DNA of 64,000 nucleotides from Polyangiaceae bacterium (GCA_044376115.1 JBILLK010000025.1:32001-96000), one strand, 5' to 3'. Counted from the first letter of the stretch, positions 28,421 through 38,724 are shown. Notes: generated by a model not told the origin, from the sequence alone. Made by a program: numbers and translations.

Positions 28421-29764
28421 ATGAAAATTACTGTTTTCGGTTCCGGCTATGTTGGTCTCGTCACGGGCGCCTGTCTGGCCGATGTCGGTCATCAGGTCGT
28501 CTGTGTCGATGTTGATGCGCGCAAAGTTGAGATGTTGCGCGGTGGGGAAGTCCCCATTTACGAACCTGGGCTTTCTGAATTGGTGCGCAATTGCGCCGCC
28601 CAGGGAACGCTGTCGTTTACCACCTCGGCAGAAGAAGGAGTTGCTCACGGTGAGGTGATCTTCATCGCTGTAGGAACGCCGCCGGATGAGGATGGATCCT
28701 CGGACCTAAAGTACGTGTTCGCGGTCGCCAAGTCGATCGCCCAGCACATGACCACCGCCAAGGTGATCGTGGACAAGTCCACCGTGCCGGTCGGCACCGC
28801 CGATCAGGTGACGGCTCTCGTCCGCGAAGGGCTCGCGGCGCGCGGCGTTTCGATCCCGTTCAGCGTCTGCTCGAACCCGGAGTTCCTCAAGGAGGGCAGC
28901 GCGATTGAGGACTTCACGCGCGCCTCGCGCATCGTGATCGGTACCGACTCCGACGACGTCCGCAACGCCATGAGGCAGTGCTACGCGCCCTACAACCGCA
29001 ACCACGACAAGATCCTCTTCATGGGCGTGCGCGCGGCGGAGCTGACCAAGTACGCCGCCAACGCCATGCTCGCGACGAAGATCAGCTTCATGAACGAGAT
29101 GGCTCAACTGGCTGAACGGCTCGATGTGGATATCGAACAGGTCCGTATCGGCATCGGTTCGGATCCGCGCATCGGCTTTCACTTCATCTACCCGGGCTGC
29201 GGCTACGGCGGCTCCTGCTTCCCCAAGGACATCAAAGCGCTCCGCCATATTGCGCAGCAAAACGGCTATGAATCGCGTGTGCTCGACGCTGTGGAGCTCA
29301 CCAATGATCACCAGAAGACCACCCTCTTCTCCAAGCTGCAGCACGCGTTCGAGGGGCAGCTCTCCGGCAAGACCATCGCTGTGTGGGGTCTGGCGTTCAA
29401 ACCCAACACGGATGACATGCGGGAGGCTCCCAGCCGCGTGATGATGGAAGCCATTTGGGCGGCTGGCGGTAAGGTGCGGGCCTTTGATCCGAAGGCCAGT
29501 GAGGAAGCGCACCGGATCTTTGGGGACCGCAAAGACCTCGTTCTGTGCAAGCAACGTGATGAGGCGCTGGCCGGTGCCGACGCGCTCGTCATCTGCACCG
29601 AGTGGAAGGCCTTCCGTTCGGTCAACTTCGGCTGGCTGAAGTCGCAGCTGAAGTCCCCCGTGGTGGTGGACGGCCGCAATCTCTTTGACCCGGAAGACGT
29701 GGCTGCCGCCGGGCTGCGCTACTACGCCGTTGGGCGTGGCCACACCACCTTCGCGAAGGCCTGA
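28421..29764 (+). CDS. ugd: UDP-glucose 6-dehydrogenase
   Basis: GSGYVG, PIYEPGL, KSTVPVGT, NPEFLKEG, GYGGSCFPKD, GLAFKPNTDDMREAP. Confidence 0.95.
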   Translation: MKITVFGSGYVGLVTGACLADVGHQVVCVDVDARKVEMLRGGEVPIYEPGLSELVRNCAAQGTLSFTTSAEEGVAHGEVIFIAVGTPPDEDGSSDLKYVFAVAKSIAQHMTTAKVIVDKSTVPVGTADQVTALVREGLAARGVSIPFSVCSNPEFLKEGSAIEDFTRASRIVIGTDSDDVRNAMRQCYAPYNRNHDKILFMGVRAAELTKYAANAMLATKISFMNEMAQLAERLDVDIEQVRIGIGSDPRIGFHFIYPGCGYGGSCFPKDIKALRHIAQQNGYESRVLDAVELTNDHQKTTLFSKLQHAFEGQLSGKTIAVWGLAFKPNTDDMREAPSRVMMEAIWAAGGKVRAFDPKASEEAHRIFGDRKDLVLCKQRDEALAGADALVICTEWKAFRSVNFGWLKSQLKSPVVVDGRNLFDPEDVAAAGLRYYAVGRGHTTFAKA

Positions 29765-29774
29765 GTTCGTGAGT

Positions 29775-29812
29775 GCTCGCGCCCGCCGTTAGCGTGACGG
29801 CGGGCCGCGAGC
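29775..29812 (+). terminator. GC-rich hairpin after ugd
   Basis: gctcgc-gcccgccgtt pairs with gacggcgggc-cgcgagc, 11 nt after the stop. Confidence 0.5.
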
Positions 29813-29942
29813 TGGCCGCGAGCTGAGCTGACTGAAGGTCAATGGGTGGTGGGTTGATCCAGTCGGGCCGCGCAGGAGCGCGTTTAATGCGCTAAATTCT
29901 GCAGAAACGTGGCGGCTCGAGGCTTGCTAACCAGTAGTCAGC

Positions 29943-30443
29943 ATGCGCTTGAACTCCCCGCGGCAGCCGCGAATCGTGGCCCCCACCTGTGCGAAGCCTC
30001 GGTCATTGCCACCGATTCACCCTCCCCCGGTGAAGCTCGCGTCTGCGGCCGAGCATACGGCTGAGCTACCGATCGAGAGCTACTTCCGCGAGCTCTCATT
30101 TGGGGTCGATCCAACCACGGTTCCGGTGATCGCGAACGCCTTCCAGGAGGAAGCTGCGCTGAGCAACAGCGCCCTCGAGCTCGATGAGGGCGACTTCATC
30201 GAGCTGCCGTCGCCGGAACCACCGGAGGTGGAAGATCTCGGCGCAACCACGCAGTTGGCCGTCGCCGTTGATCCGAGGACGGCGCGGTTCGTCGTCACGG
30301 CCGGGTTCGTCCCAGGCGAACTCGTTCTCCGTGCGCTGCGGCCGGGTGAGCCTCCACCGCCCGACGCACCGATCGCCACGCTGGTTCCGAGCTGCGGCTT
30401 CGATGCCTATCGCATCGGTGGGCAGCTCAACAACCGTCGCTGA
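29943..30443 (+). CDS. Hypothetical protein
   Basis: Fills the gap between ugd and the convergent SDR; acidic, Pro-rich. Confidence 0.5.
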   Translation: MRLNSPRQPRIVAPTCAKPRSLPPIHPPPVKLASAAEHTAELPIESYFRELSFGVDPTTVPVIANAFQEEAALSNSALELDEGDFIELPSPEPPEVEDLGATTQLAVAVDPRTARFVVTAGFVPGELVLRALRPGEPPPPDAPIATLVPSCGFDAYRIGGQLNNRR

Positions 30444-30447
30444 GCGC

Positions 30448-31248
30448 CTATCGCCGATCTGGGTAGGTGGAGCGCATGACGCGCCCCATGAGCTTTACCG
30501 CCAATCGCCTTGGTAGCAGCGAGAACAGCCGCATCGCCGCGCGGTTACCCCGACCGAGGATCACGACGGGACCTGGTTGCCAAAGCGCCTCGAGGGCTGC
30601 TCGCGCGACCTCCGCTGGCTTGGCTACGAGCGGGCTCCAAAGCTGTGCGCCGGAGCGCTGGAAGTTGGGCGTCTGCACGGCGCCGGGACAAGCAACGATC
30701 ACGTGCACGCCGTCCTTCGCGACCTCCTCGGCGAGCGCTTCGCCGAGCCGTACGAGGAACGCCTTGGTCGCCCCGTACAAGGCTGTCTTCGCGTGGCCGA
30801 TCAACCCGGCGTTGGAGCCGACGAGCAGAATGGCGCCTCGGCCTTGGGCGCGAAAACGGGGCAATAGCGCACGAATGAGTTCGACCGGCGCGCTGGTGTT
30901 GACCGCGATCACACGCGCGGCCTTCGCCGCGTCGAGCTCGCTAAAGTAGCCAATCTGCGAATCGGCAGCGTTGTAGACCAAGAGCGCGAGCGGACATTGT
31001 GTCGTTGCTGCGGCGATCGTCGCTGCGGCGTTGGGGTCCGCGAGATCGTGATGCAACGGCAACACCTCGATACCGAACTTCGATCGCAGCTCGGTTGCTA
31101 AGAGCGCGAGCTTCTCGAGGTCGAGATCCACCAGCACCAAGTTCAAGCCGCGCTCGGCGAGTTGTGAAGCGAACTCGGCTCCCAAGCCTTCTGCCGCGCC
31201 GGCGATCAAGGCCCACGGCCCGAAGCGACGGTAAAAATCTTTTGCCAC
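30448..31248 (-). CDS. Short-chain dehydrogenase/reductase
   Basis: GAAEGLG, YNAA, YGATK. Confidence 0.9.
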   Translation of the reverse strand: MAKDFYRRFGPWALIAGAAEGLGAEFASQLAERGLNLVLVDLDLEKLALLATELRSKFGIEVLPLHHDLADPNAAATIAAATTQCPLALLVYNAADSQIGYFSELDAAKAARVIAVNTSAPVELIRALLPRFRAQGRGAILLVGSNAGLIGHAKTALYGATKAFLVRLGEALAEEVAKDGVHVIVACPGAVQTPNFQRSGAQLWSPLVAKPAEVARAALEALWQPGPVVILGRGNRAAMRLFSLLPRRLAVKLMGRVMRSTYPDRR

Positions 31249-31250
31249 GA

Positions 31251-32294
31251 CTACTCAGCTTTCTGCGGGCTGGGGGGCAACAGCTTGCGGCGCAACCAAG
31301 CGAGCAGCGGGCGCTCGAAGCCAACGTGGAGCGCGACGGCGACGGCCACCGACGCGCTCAACAAGAAGGCGATCAACGCCGCTGTTCCAAGCGAGCCGAG
31401 ATCGCGGTCACGTGCGAGCAAACGAAGTACCGGATAGATGACGTACGGATGCACGAGGTAAAGAATGTAGGAGGCCTCCCCGATCACGAACAGGCTGCGA
31501 TTTTTGGTCGTGGTTTGAAACAGCCGTTCGAGCAGCGTTGCTGACAGCACGATGAAGAACGAGGGCACCCCCGCTGAGAGTGCGCGGTGGACGTTGAAGC
31601 TGTCCTTCCATTCGCCCACGTAAAGCAGCGTAAGGGCCGCGGCCAGGACGACGCCAAGCAATGCGGCCCACGCGCGACTGAGCTTACGGCCCTCGGCGCG
31701 CCGCGAGACCTCGTCGAAGACGACGAAGACCGCAATTCCCAGCACGAACTCCAGCACGATGGGCGCCATCCAGGTCGACAGGACGGTGGATTGCGGCAAG
31801 CCCCACGTCAGGCCGATCACCGACGCCAGCCCAATGGCGCCAGCGCACAGCAGGTGGGCGCGCCGCGGACTGATCAGCAACGCCAGCGCGAATACGACGT
31901 AGAAGAACAGCTCGTAGTTGAGCGACCAGCCAAGGATCAACGTAGGAAATACGCCGTTTCCTGCGTCGTGCGGCACGAACAAGAGCGAGAGCAGGAGGTG
32001 TTTGACGTCCACCGAAGTGCTGCGAAAGTAGGCGGGCAGCAAGCTCGCGCTGACGAACACCACCAAGGTGGCTGCCCAATAAAAGGGGCATACGCGGATC
32101 ATGCGCCGCAGCAGAAAGCGGTCGGGATTCTTCGCCCCGATGTACGCGATGATGAAACCGCTGATCACGAAGAAGACGTCGACCCCGCGGTTGCCCACGC
32201 TGTACGGGAGGTTCAGCCCAGCTTCGCTCGTGGTGTGGAAGAAGACGACCGAGAGCGCCGCCACCACACGAAGTAGGTGAAGATTAAACAGCAT
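31251..32294 (-). CDS. Acyltransferase 3 (OafA/ExoZ-like) polysaccharide O-acyltransferase
   Basis: LRVVAALSVVFFH, GVDVFFVISGFII, WSLNYELFFY, SYILYLVH, FERP; about 10 TMs. Confidence 0.9.
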   Translation of the reverse strand: MLFNLHLLRVVAALSVVFFHTTSEAGLNLPYSVGNRGVDVFFVISGFIIAYIGAKNPDRFLLRRMIRVCPFYWAATLVVFVSASLLPAYFRSTSVDVKHLLLSLLFVPHDAGNGVFPTLILGWSLNYELFFYVVFALALLISPRRAHLLCAGAIGLASVIGLTWGLPQSTVLSTWMAPIVLEFVLGIAVFVVFDEVSRRAEGRKLSRAWAALLGVVLAAALTLLYVGEWKDSFNVHRALSAGVPSFFIVLSATLLERLFQTTTKNRSLFVIGEASYILYLVHPYVIYPVLRLLARDRDLGSLGTAALIAFLLSASVAVAVALHVGFERPLLAWLRRKLLPPSPQKAE

Positions 32295-32438
32295 CGTCTG
32301 ACTTTCTACGACGCTTTCGCTGTGGTCGGAAGGGCGCTGGACAGTGGCTCGCGGCGCGAGCGGCGCCTTGGTCAAAGCCGCTTGCGGAGAGCCTTCGGGC
32401 GAGCGACCATCCCGCGCATCCCTCAGGAGGATGTGCAA

Positions 32439-32975
32439 ATGATTCGTGCTCTCTCAATGCTGGCGGAGGATATCCGCGAGAAGTCTCGCTGGTGCTACAA
32501 GAGTGAGAGTCCTAAAGATCTTGCCAAGACGTTGATGACGGACGGCACCTTTTCGATGGTCGTCTACCGCCTGATGCAGGGCTCACGGGACATGAATCTC
32601 GGCACGCTCGAGATGGTGTTCAACAAGGTGAACGGCGTCTTCGGAAACTGCATCATTGGCCGTGGCGCAGAGTTCGGCCCGGGCTTCGTGCTGTTCCACT
32701 CGAACGGGGTGGTGATCAACGGCAAGGTACGCGGGGGCGAAAAGATCTACCTCCACCACGAGGTCACCTTGGGCGACAACGAGCGCGGGGAGGCACCAAC
32801 GCTGGGCAGCAACATTCACTTTGGGGCCGGTGCCAAAGTGATCGGCGGTGTCACCCTCTCCGATGGCGTGCGCGTCGGGGCGAACGCAGTGGTCGTGCAC
32901 GACGTCGCCGAGGACACGACGGTGGTGGGCATCCCCGCTAAGCCAGTGAAACGCCGCGACCACGACAAGAAGTGA
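32439..32975 (+). CDS. Hexapeptide-repeat O-acetyltransferase (CysE/WcaB-like)
   Basis: GGAGG RBS; left-handed beta-helix repeats, GANAVV..DV...VVGIPAK. Confidence 0.85.
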   Translation: MIRALSMLAEDIREKSRWCYKSESPKDLAKTLMTDGTFSMVVYRLMQGSRDMNLGTLEMVFNKVNGVFGNCIIGRGAEFGPGFVLFHSNGVVINGKVRGGEKIYLHHEVTLGDNERGEAPTLGSNIHFGAGAKVIGGVTLSDGVRVGANAVVVHDVAEDTTVVGIPAKPVKRRDHDKK

Positions 32976-32999
32976 CCCCTAGTTAGCGACAAGACCACC

Positions 33000-34169
33000 A
33001 TGAGCGAACAGCAAGAACCGACCTTCCGCGGCCGCAGCATGATCTGCTTTGGTCACGATTGGAGTGGCGATCCACTCTCCAAGACGCACTTGATGCGCCT
33101 GCTCTCGAAAGAGAACAAGATCCTCTGGATCAACTCGATCGGCTACCGCGCGCCCACGGCCTCAGCGCGCGACCTAAAGCGCATCGTCAACAAGCTGAAG
33201 GCCTTCACCGAGCCGGTCAAAGAGGTCGAGAAGAATATCTTCGTGCTCAGCCCCTTGGCGATCCCCGCCTACGGCCTGCCGTTCATGAAGGAGATCAACC
33301 GCGAGCTGCTCAAGTTGCAGATCAAGAGAGCGATGAAGCGGCTTGGCTTCTCCAGGCCGATCAATTGGGTGTTCAACCCGACGGGATCGGTGGTCGCTGG
33401 CTCGCTCGGTGAGGACGCGGTGGTTTACTACTGTGTGGACGAGTTCACCGCTTTCCACGACGCTGGCACCGGCGCGATGGTCGAAATGGAGCGCCAGCTC
33501 CTGCGAAAAGCGGATCTCGTGGTCGTCTCGGCCGAGCGCTTGCTCAAGGCGAAGTCGCCCGAGAATCCGAACACCGTGCTCATCCGCCACGGTGTCGACT
33601 ACGATCACTTCCGCAAGACGTTGCTCGCCGAGACGGTGATCCCCGACGAGATCAAAGATCTGCCGAAGCCAGTGCTCGGTTACTTCGGTCTGATGGCCAA
33701 AGATTGGATCGATGTGCCGCTGTTAGAGAAGCTCGCGCGCAAGTACGCCCACGGTTCGTTGGTCTTACTCGGCCACGTGAACATGGATATGGGCGCGCTT
33801 CCTTCAATGCCGAACGTGCACTTGCTCGGACGTAAGAAGTTCTCTGACCTGCCCGCCTATTCGAAGGGCTTCGACGTTGCGCTCAACGTGTTCCCCATCA
33901 ACGAGGTGACCAAGAGCGCCAACCCGCTCAAGGTACGCGAGTATCTTGCGGCGGGCTTGCCGGTGGTTTCGCCGCGCATTCCAGAGGTCGAAGTGCTTGG
34001 GGACCAGGTCTTCGTTGCCGACGACCACGACGACTACCTGCGTAAGGTGGAAGAGGCGCTCAAAGACCCAGGGCCGAAGAATGAGCGCAGCTTGGCCATG
34101 AAGGATGAGAGCTGGGCTGGGCGCGTGCGAGAACTCGCGCGTCAGTTCGCCCGCGTCGCGCGAATCTGA
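33000..34169 (+). CDS. Glycosyltransferase, GT-B fold (TuaH-like)
   Basis: YYCVDE, HGVDYDHF, NPLKVREYLAAGLPVV. Confidence 0.85.
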   Translation: MSEQQEPTFRGRSMICFGHDWSGDPLSKTHLMRLLSKENKILWINSIGYRAPTASARDLKRIVNKLKAFTEPVKEVEKNIFVLSPLAIPAYGLPFMKEINRELLKLQIKRAMKRLGFSRPINWVFNPTGSVVAGSLGEDAVVYYCVDEFTAFHDAGTGAMVEMERQLLRKADLVVVSAERLLKAKSPENPNTVLIRHGVDYDHFRKTLLAETVIPDEIKDLPKPVLGYFGLMAKDWIDVPLLEKLARKYAHGSLVLLGHVNMDMGALPSMPNVHLLGRKKFSDLPAYSKGFDVALNVFPINEVTKSANPLKVREYLAAGLPVVSPRIPEVEVLGDQVFVADDHDDYLRKVEEALKDPGPKNERSLAMKDESWAGRVRELARQFARVARI

Positions 34170-34188
34170 GCTTCAGCTCAAGGTGAAC

Positions 34189-34225
34189 GCAGCGAGGGGT
34201 CGAAAGGCCCCTCGTTTGCTTTTGT
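34189..34225 (+). terminator. Rho-independent terminator
   Basis: gcgaggggtc-GAAA-ggcccctcgt followed by ttgcttttgtt. Confidence 0.7.
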
Positions 34226-34273
34226 TCGCTCCAAAGCTGGCCCCAAACGTGGACCATCGTGCTGCCGGCAGCC

Positions 34274-35647
34274 CTAGTGGCCCTTCGACTTGAGAAGCAC
34301 TCGGAGCATCACTGGGAACAGTAGACACACCGTCGTGACGGCTGCCTTTTCGGCCAGACTGAGTTTGATCTCGAACGTCGGATCGTGTCGGCGAATGGTC
34401 GCGTAGAGCCCGCCGGAGAAGCCGAAGTAGATCCAAAGCACCTGGTGATAGGTGAAGGACAAGAAGAACGCTCCGATCGCGATCCCGGCGAAACTGGCGA
34501 GCATGCCGAGGCACGAGGTGTACGCGACCTTTGCTTCAGGGCGGTTCGCGTAGCGGCGCATACCCAAGATCGGGATCTTCAGCGAGATGTAGAGGATGAA
34601 GCCAAAAACAATCAGCCCAACGATGCCAAGCTCGGCCAACGCGAGCAGATAGCTGTTGTGGGCGGTGAGGCTGTGGTGCTGCGTAAACTGCCCCCAACCA
34701 ACGCCGTAGATCGGCCGGGACTGCACCATGTTGAGCCCTTCAACCAGGATCTCGGTGCGCTCGTCAGAGGACGCCTTGGCTTCGTCGCCGGAGCGACCAC
34801 CCAAAAGCAACATCGGTGCACCGAGAATGCCGCCAACCAGCGCGCCCTTCCAGCCGAACTTCTGGATGGAGTAGGTAGCGATAACGGCGAGCAGCACCAG
34901 GATGCCACCGCGCGATTGGGTGAAGATGATCGTCGTAGCGACCACACCAAGAGCGACGATCAGCGTGAGGATACGACCGATGCTCTGCTTGCGGGCTACC
35001 CGCACGACAAGCCACGGCAAGGCCGCGCCGATGGTCAGCGATACCTCGTTCGGGTCCTTCAAGACCCCGCGATAACGCACGCGACCGCGGCCGACGCTCA
35101 CGGTGTCGAAGAGACCGGAACGCTCACAGCGGTAGTTGGCTCCCGGTTCAGCGTCGCCCAGGAGGCACTCATCCTCGTTGATGCAAGGCCGCCCGTCTGC
35201 CCGCAATGACTCTTGCTCGGAGCCGGATTGAATGGCGCACCCAAGCGGCGCAAAGCCCTGATGGAAGCAGACCCCGGCTACGAACATGCTCGCCAGCACC
35301 AACGCGCCTGACACCGTGTCGAAAACGCGGAACGACCGCTGGCCGAGCGAGAGCATGAAGAACAGGACGACGACGATGATGAGATCGATCGCCGCCTTGG
35401 TGAGGGGCCCGGCGCCAGCGTTGGCGACGAGCGAGCCCAGCGACCAAGGGACGAAGAAGGCGATGTACGGCCACTGGGGCGGTGGATCGAGCCGGGTGAG
35501 CCCAAGCTTGAGATCGATCACGAGGCCGAGCAGCGTGAGACCGAGGAAGCCGTAAAGCAGCGGAAACGCCTCGAGTCCGGGGATGAACTCTTGCGGCTTG
35601 ATCAGGATCAAGAGGAGGAGGGCTGCCAGCCCCGGGAACGCGAACAT
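34274..35647 (-). CDS. O-antigen ligase / Wzy polymerase family protein
   Basis: Multi-TM; DPNE, TQSRGG, GVGWGQF, AHNSYL..LAELG. Confidence 0.85.
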   Translation of the reverse strand: MFAFPGLAALLLLILIKPQEFIPGLEAFPLLYGFLGLTLLGLVIDLKLGLTRLDPPPQWPYIAFFVPWSLGSLVANAGAGPLTKAAIDLIIVVVLFFMLSLGQRSFRVFDTVSGALVLASMFVAGVCFHQGFAPLGCAIQSGSEQESLRADGRPCINEDECLLGDAEPGANYRCERSGLFDTVSVGRGRVRYRGVLKDPNEVSLTIGAALPWLVVRVARKQSIGRILTLIVALGVVATTIIFTQSRGGILVLLAVIATYSIQKFGWKGALVGGILGAPMLLLGGRSGDEAKASSDERTEILVEGLNMVQSRPIYGVGWGQFTQHHSLTAHNSYLLALAELGIVGLIVFGFILYISLKIPILGMRRYANRPEAKVAYTSCLGMLASFAGIAIGAFFLSFTYHQVLWIYFGFSGGLYATIRRHDPTFEIKLSLAEKAAVTTVCLLFPVMLRVLLKSKGH

Positions 35648-35810
35648 CGGTTACGTGGAGGTCGCCGACCGACAGCTCGAAACCGCGCCCCATGCTCGCG
35701 ATTTTTTCGCCCGGCGACCGCTCAGCCTCATGGGAAACGTGTACCCGGCGCGAGCGAACCTGGCAATGGGAAGTCGAACGGCCCGCAGCGGATGAAGCCG
35801 CGTAACGCGC

Positions 35811-36458
35811 TCAGTCAGTGGTGGGTACCAAGGCGTGAACCAGGGTGGCCTCCCGGTTGCGGGAGGAGGAGAAGCGGGCGTCGGCGGCGCGAATCACCCG
35901 CGCCATGCAGCGAGCCGCGGGCTCGTATTCGGGCGAGCGGGCGGTGGCCACGACGCTGGTGCGGTCGATGCGACCGAGGCTGTCGACGCGGAACTCGATC
36001 TGCACCGTCTCCGGCGGCAAGATACCCCCGCTCGGGCCGCGGCATTGCTCGACCAGGTCGAAGTGAAGCGTGGAACGAAGATCGCGCTCGGCCGAGGTGC
36101 TCGAGGCACGCCGCGGCGGCTCGAGTTTGACGCGACTAAGGGACACGGCGGCGCTCGGGGCCGAGCTTGTGAACGCCGACGCCTCGGGTTTGGTGGCGAT
36201 CAGCGTGCCGCTTGGGGACGTGGGAGGAAGGGGCGCGGGTGCAGCGGCCAAGATCTCGTCTTTGGCGCGCGGGTCGATTGGCAACGCGGCTTGGTTGACC
36301 TCCACTGACGAGACCGGCACCAAGTTGGTCACGATCTCGTAGCCGACGGTGGCTGATGACGTAGGACGGGCTTGCGAATCGTCCGCGCATCCCGGCCAAC
36401 AAAGGCCGACGCCGATTGCCAACCAGGCAAGGCTGCTGCGAGTACGCGCGCGAGTCAT
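35811..36458 (-). CDS. Hypothetical lipoprotein with TonB-C-like C-terminal domain
   Basis: Signal ending PGC; IEFRVDSLGRI...AARC pattern with Cys pair. Confidence 0.5.
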   Translation of the reverse strand: MTRARTRSSLAWLAIGVGLCWPGCADDSQARPTSSATVGYEIVTNLVPVSSVEVNQAALPIDPRAKDEILAAAPAPLPPTSPSGTLIATKPEASAFTSSAPSAAVSLSRVKLEPPRRASSTSAERDLRSTLHFDLVEQCRGPSGGILPPETVQIEFRVDSLGRIDRTSVVATARSPEYEPAARCMARVIRAADARFSSSRNREATLVHALVPTTD

Positions 36459-36534
36459 ATCGACGACGAGCTGTAGCTGCTAATCGACTGCGCTTGAAGC
36501 ACGTTGCTACCGATCGTTCGCATAGTATGCGCCG

Positions 36535-38439
36535 ATGAACCGCGGCTTCGGACAATTGAAGCAATTGCTTTCGGCGCTTGCTTCCGCCCGCACCGAAGCG
36601 GGTCCTCGCTTCGTTTGGCGCGCCGCAGGCGTCGCGGGGCTCGCGTCGCTCGCGGGGGTGGTCATGGGGCTCGTACCCGCCTTCGTCGGGTTGGGCGTGC
36701 ATTCCTTGGGTGGCCAGGGTCCAAGACCCCCCGGCATGTTGGCCTTCATCGCGCGCTTTGCGCTTCCCGGCTGGGCGACGCTGCTCTTGGCCATCGTGCT
36801 GGTTGCGGCGGCCGTGCTGTTTGGCTTCGCCTCCAGTCGCGCAGCGGCCGTCTTCTCCGCTGAGGCCACGCGCGATCTGCGGCGTTTGATGATGGCGCGC
36901 CTGCTCGTGGCCTCTCCGCGCACCATCGACGCGCTGGGCGCCGAGCTGGCCGGCGCAAAGCCTGGCCCTGCGCCCCCCGGCATCGTGCTGAAGACGCCAC
37001 CCTCGGCGGATGCGATCAAGCTCGCCGTACTGCGCGACGGTCAGATGGCCGCGGAGCTTTGTGTTTCGGCGATCTCCAGCTTACCGCAGACGCTCGTTGG
37101 CCTCGTTACGCTTGGCATCGATCTGGCGCTGAGTGGCAGCGGGTTGGTCGCGTTGATTGGCGTATTTGTGTTCGGCTCGTCCAGGCTGCTCTCTCTGCGC
37201 TCCTCGCGACGGATGGCCGAGCGCACGCGAGCGCTCGCACAGGCGGATGCAGCGGCTTTCGCCGAGGTCTCCGAGAAGCTCGCCTGCCTCGACGATTTTC
37301 GGCTCGCGGGCGCTGGGGCGCTCGCCAAGCAGGAAACCGATGAAGCGCTGAGCAAGGCTGCGGAGGGCAAAAAGGAGGTGGCCAAGGTTGTCGCTGAGAG
37401 CGGCCAGATCGCGAGCCTTGTGACGACCCTGGCGCCGTTGCTCGTGCTGATCTTCCTCCATCTCTCCGGTCGCACGGTCAGCCCGCCGGAGATCGCCCAG
37501 CTGCTGGTGTCGTTGCCATTGATCGTCGGGCGCTTGGGGGCGCTCGACGGATTGCGGGTGGCCGTGATCGAGAAGCAGAGCGTACTCGAGTCGATCGGCG
37601 CCATCTTGCAGGTGCCGCACGCGACGGGGGCCTTCGCGCCTTCGGCCTTGCTGAAAGAACAAGGGCTCGATCTCGTGTTCGACAAAGTAGGCTTCGAACT
37701 CAAGGCGGAGGGCTCGAGCAAGACCATTCTGCGCGAGGTGAGCTTGACCATTCCGCAGGGCAGCGTGGTCGGGCTGTGCGGTCCCAGTGGCTGCGGTAAG
37801 AGCACCCTACTGCGGCTTCTGCTTCGGCTCGACGACCCCTCGAGCGGCGTGCTGAAGGTCGGTGATCGATCGATCGCTGAACTCAGCCCAGCCGATCTTT
37901 CGCAGGTCTTCGCGGCCGAGCTGCAGTCCGGCAAGCTGCTCGGCCGCAGCATTCGCGACAACGTCCTCTTGCACGCTTTGAGCCTCGAGCCGACGCTCGC
38001 GGAGCAAGAAGCGACGGCGCGTGCGCGCGCAGCGCTCGAGCTGGCACAGATCCCTGGCTTGGCTGCAGCCGAAGGCCTGGCCAAGCGCTTCGTCGCCGTG
38101 CCGCCCAACCTCTCGGGCGGTGAACAGAAGCGCGTGCTCGTGGCGCGTGCTCTCGCCAGCAGCGCCCGGGTCATTGTGCTCGACGAGCCGGAGGCCGGGC
38201 TCCCCGACGATACGGCGAAGAAGCTGTTCGACGCCGTGATCGCCAATCGGCAGGGGCGGACGGTGATCGCCGTCACCCACTCGCCAGCGCTGTTCGCTTC
38301 CGACTTCAACGTCGTGATGGAGCGCGGCGAGGTGAAAGACGTTGGGCCCCACGCGACGTTGCTCGAGCGCTGTGAGGCCTACCGGGCGCTGGTCGCCGGT
38401 GAGGGCGCGAAGCCCAAACCCGCACCAACGAGGCCCTAG
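36535..38439 (+). CDS. ABC exporter, fused TMD-NBD
   Basis: N-terminal TMs; GPSGCGKS, LSGGE, VLDEP, VTH. Confidence 0.85.
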   Translation: MNRGFGQLKQLLSALASARTEAGPRFVWRAAGVAGLASLAGVVMGLVPAFVGLGVHSLGGQGPRPPGMLAFIARFALPGWATLLLAIVLVAAAVLFGFASSRAAAVFSAEATRDLRRLMMARLLVASPRTIDALGAELAGAKPGPAPPGIVLKTPPSADAIKLAVLRDGQMAAELCVSAISSLPQTLVGLVTLGIDLALSGSGLVALIGVFVFGSSRLLSLRSSRRMAERTRALAQADAAAFAEVSEKLACLDDFRLAGAGALAKQETDEALSKAAEGKKEVAKVVAESGQIASLVTTLAPLLVLIFLHLSGRTVSPPEIAQLLVSLPLIVGRLGALDGLRVAVIEKQSVLESIGAILQVPHATGAFAPSALLKEQGLDLVFDKVGFELKAEGSSKTILREVSLTIPQGSVVGLCGPSGCGKSTLLRLLLRLDDPSSGVLKVGDRSIAELSPADLSQVFAAELQSGKLLGRSIRDNVLLHALSLEPTLAEQEATARARAALELAQIPGLAAAEGLAKRFVAVPPNLSGGEQKRVLVARALASSARVIVLDEPEAGLPDDTAKKLFDAVIANRQGRTVIAVTHSPALFASDFNVVMERGEVKDVGPHATLLERCEAYRALVAGEGAKPKPAPTRP

Positions 38440-38699
38440 GCGAACGTGCCGCGGCGCGATGCGAGCCCGCCCAGCAGCAACAACACGATCGAGCCCAATA
38501 CGCTACCAACCAGGCCCACCGTGTTGAACTCCGACCACGAATGGGGTGACACGAAGCTCGCCAGCAAAGCCCCAACGAAGGACCCGGCCACGCCGAGCAG
38601 GATCGTCATCACCCAGCCCATGCTCTGGGAGCCAGGCGTTACCGCGCGAGCGATCAAACCGACAATCAAACCGAAAGCGAGAAACCAAAGTAGACCCAT
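38436..38699 (-). CDS. GlsB/YeaQ/YmgE (transglycosylase-associated) stress membrane protein
   Basis: GLIVGLIARAVTPG...TILLGVAGSFVG. Confidence 0.85.
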   Translation of the reverse strand: MGLLWFLAFGLIVGLIARAVTPGSQSMGWVMTILLGVAGSFVGALLASFVSPHSWSEFNTVGLVGSVLGSIVLLLLGGLASRRGTFA

Positions 38700-38724
38700 C
38701 GCAGGCTCCTTTCGGAAGCAGGAT

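Noticed and set aside
29910..29927. TGGC...TTGC sigma54-like promoter
   Set aside because: The GG-to-GC spacing is 3 nt too long.
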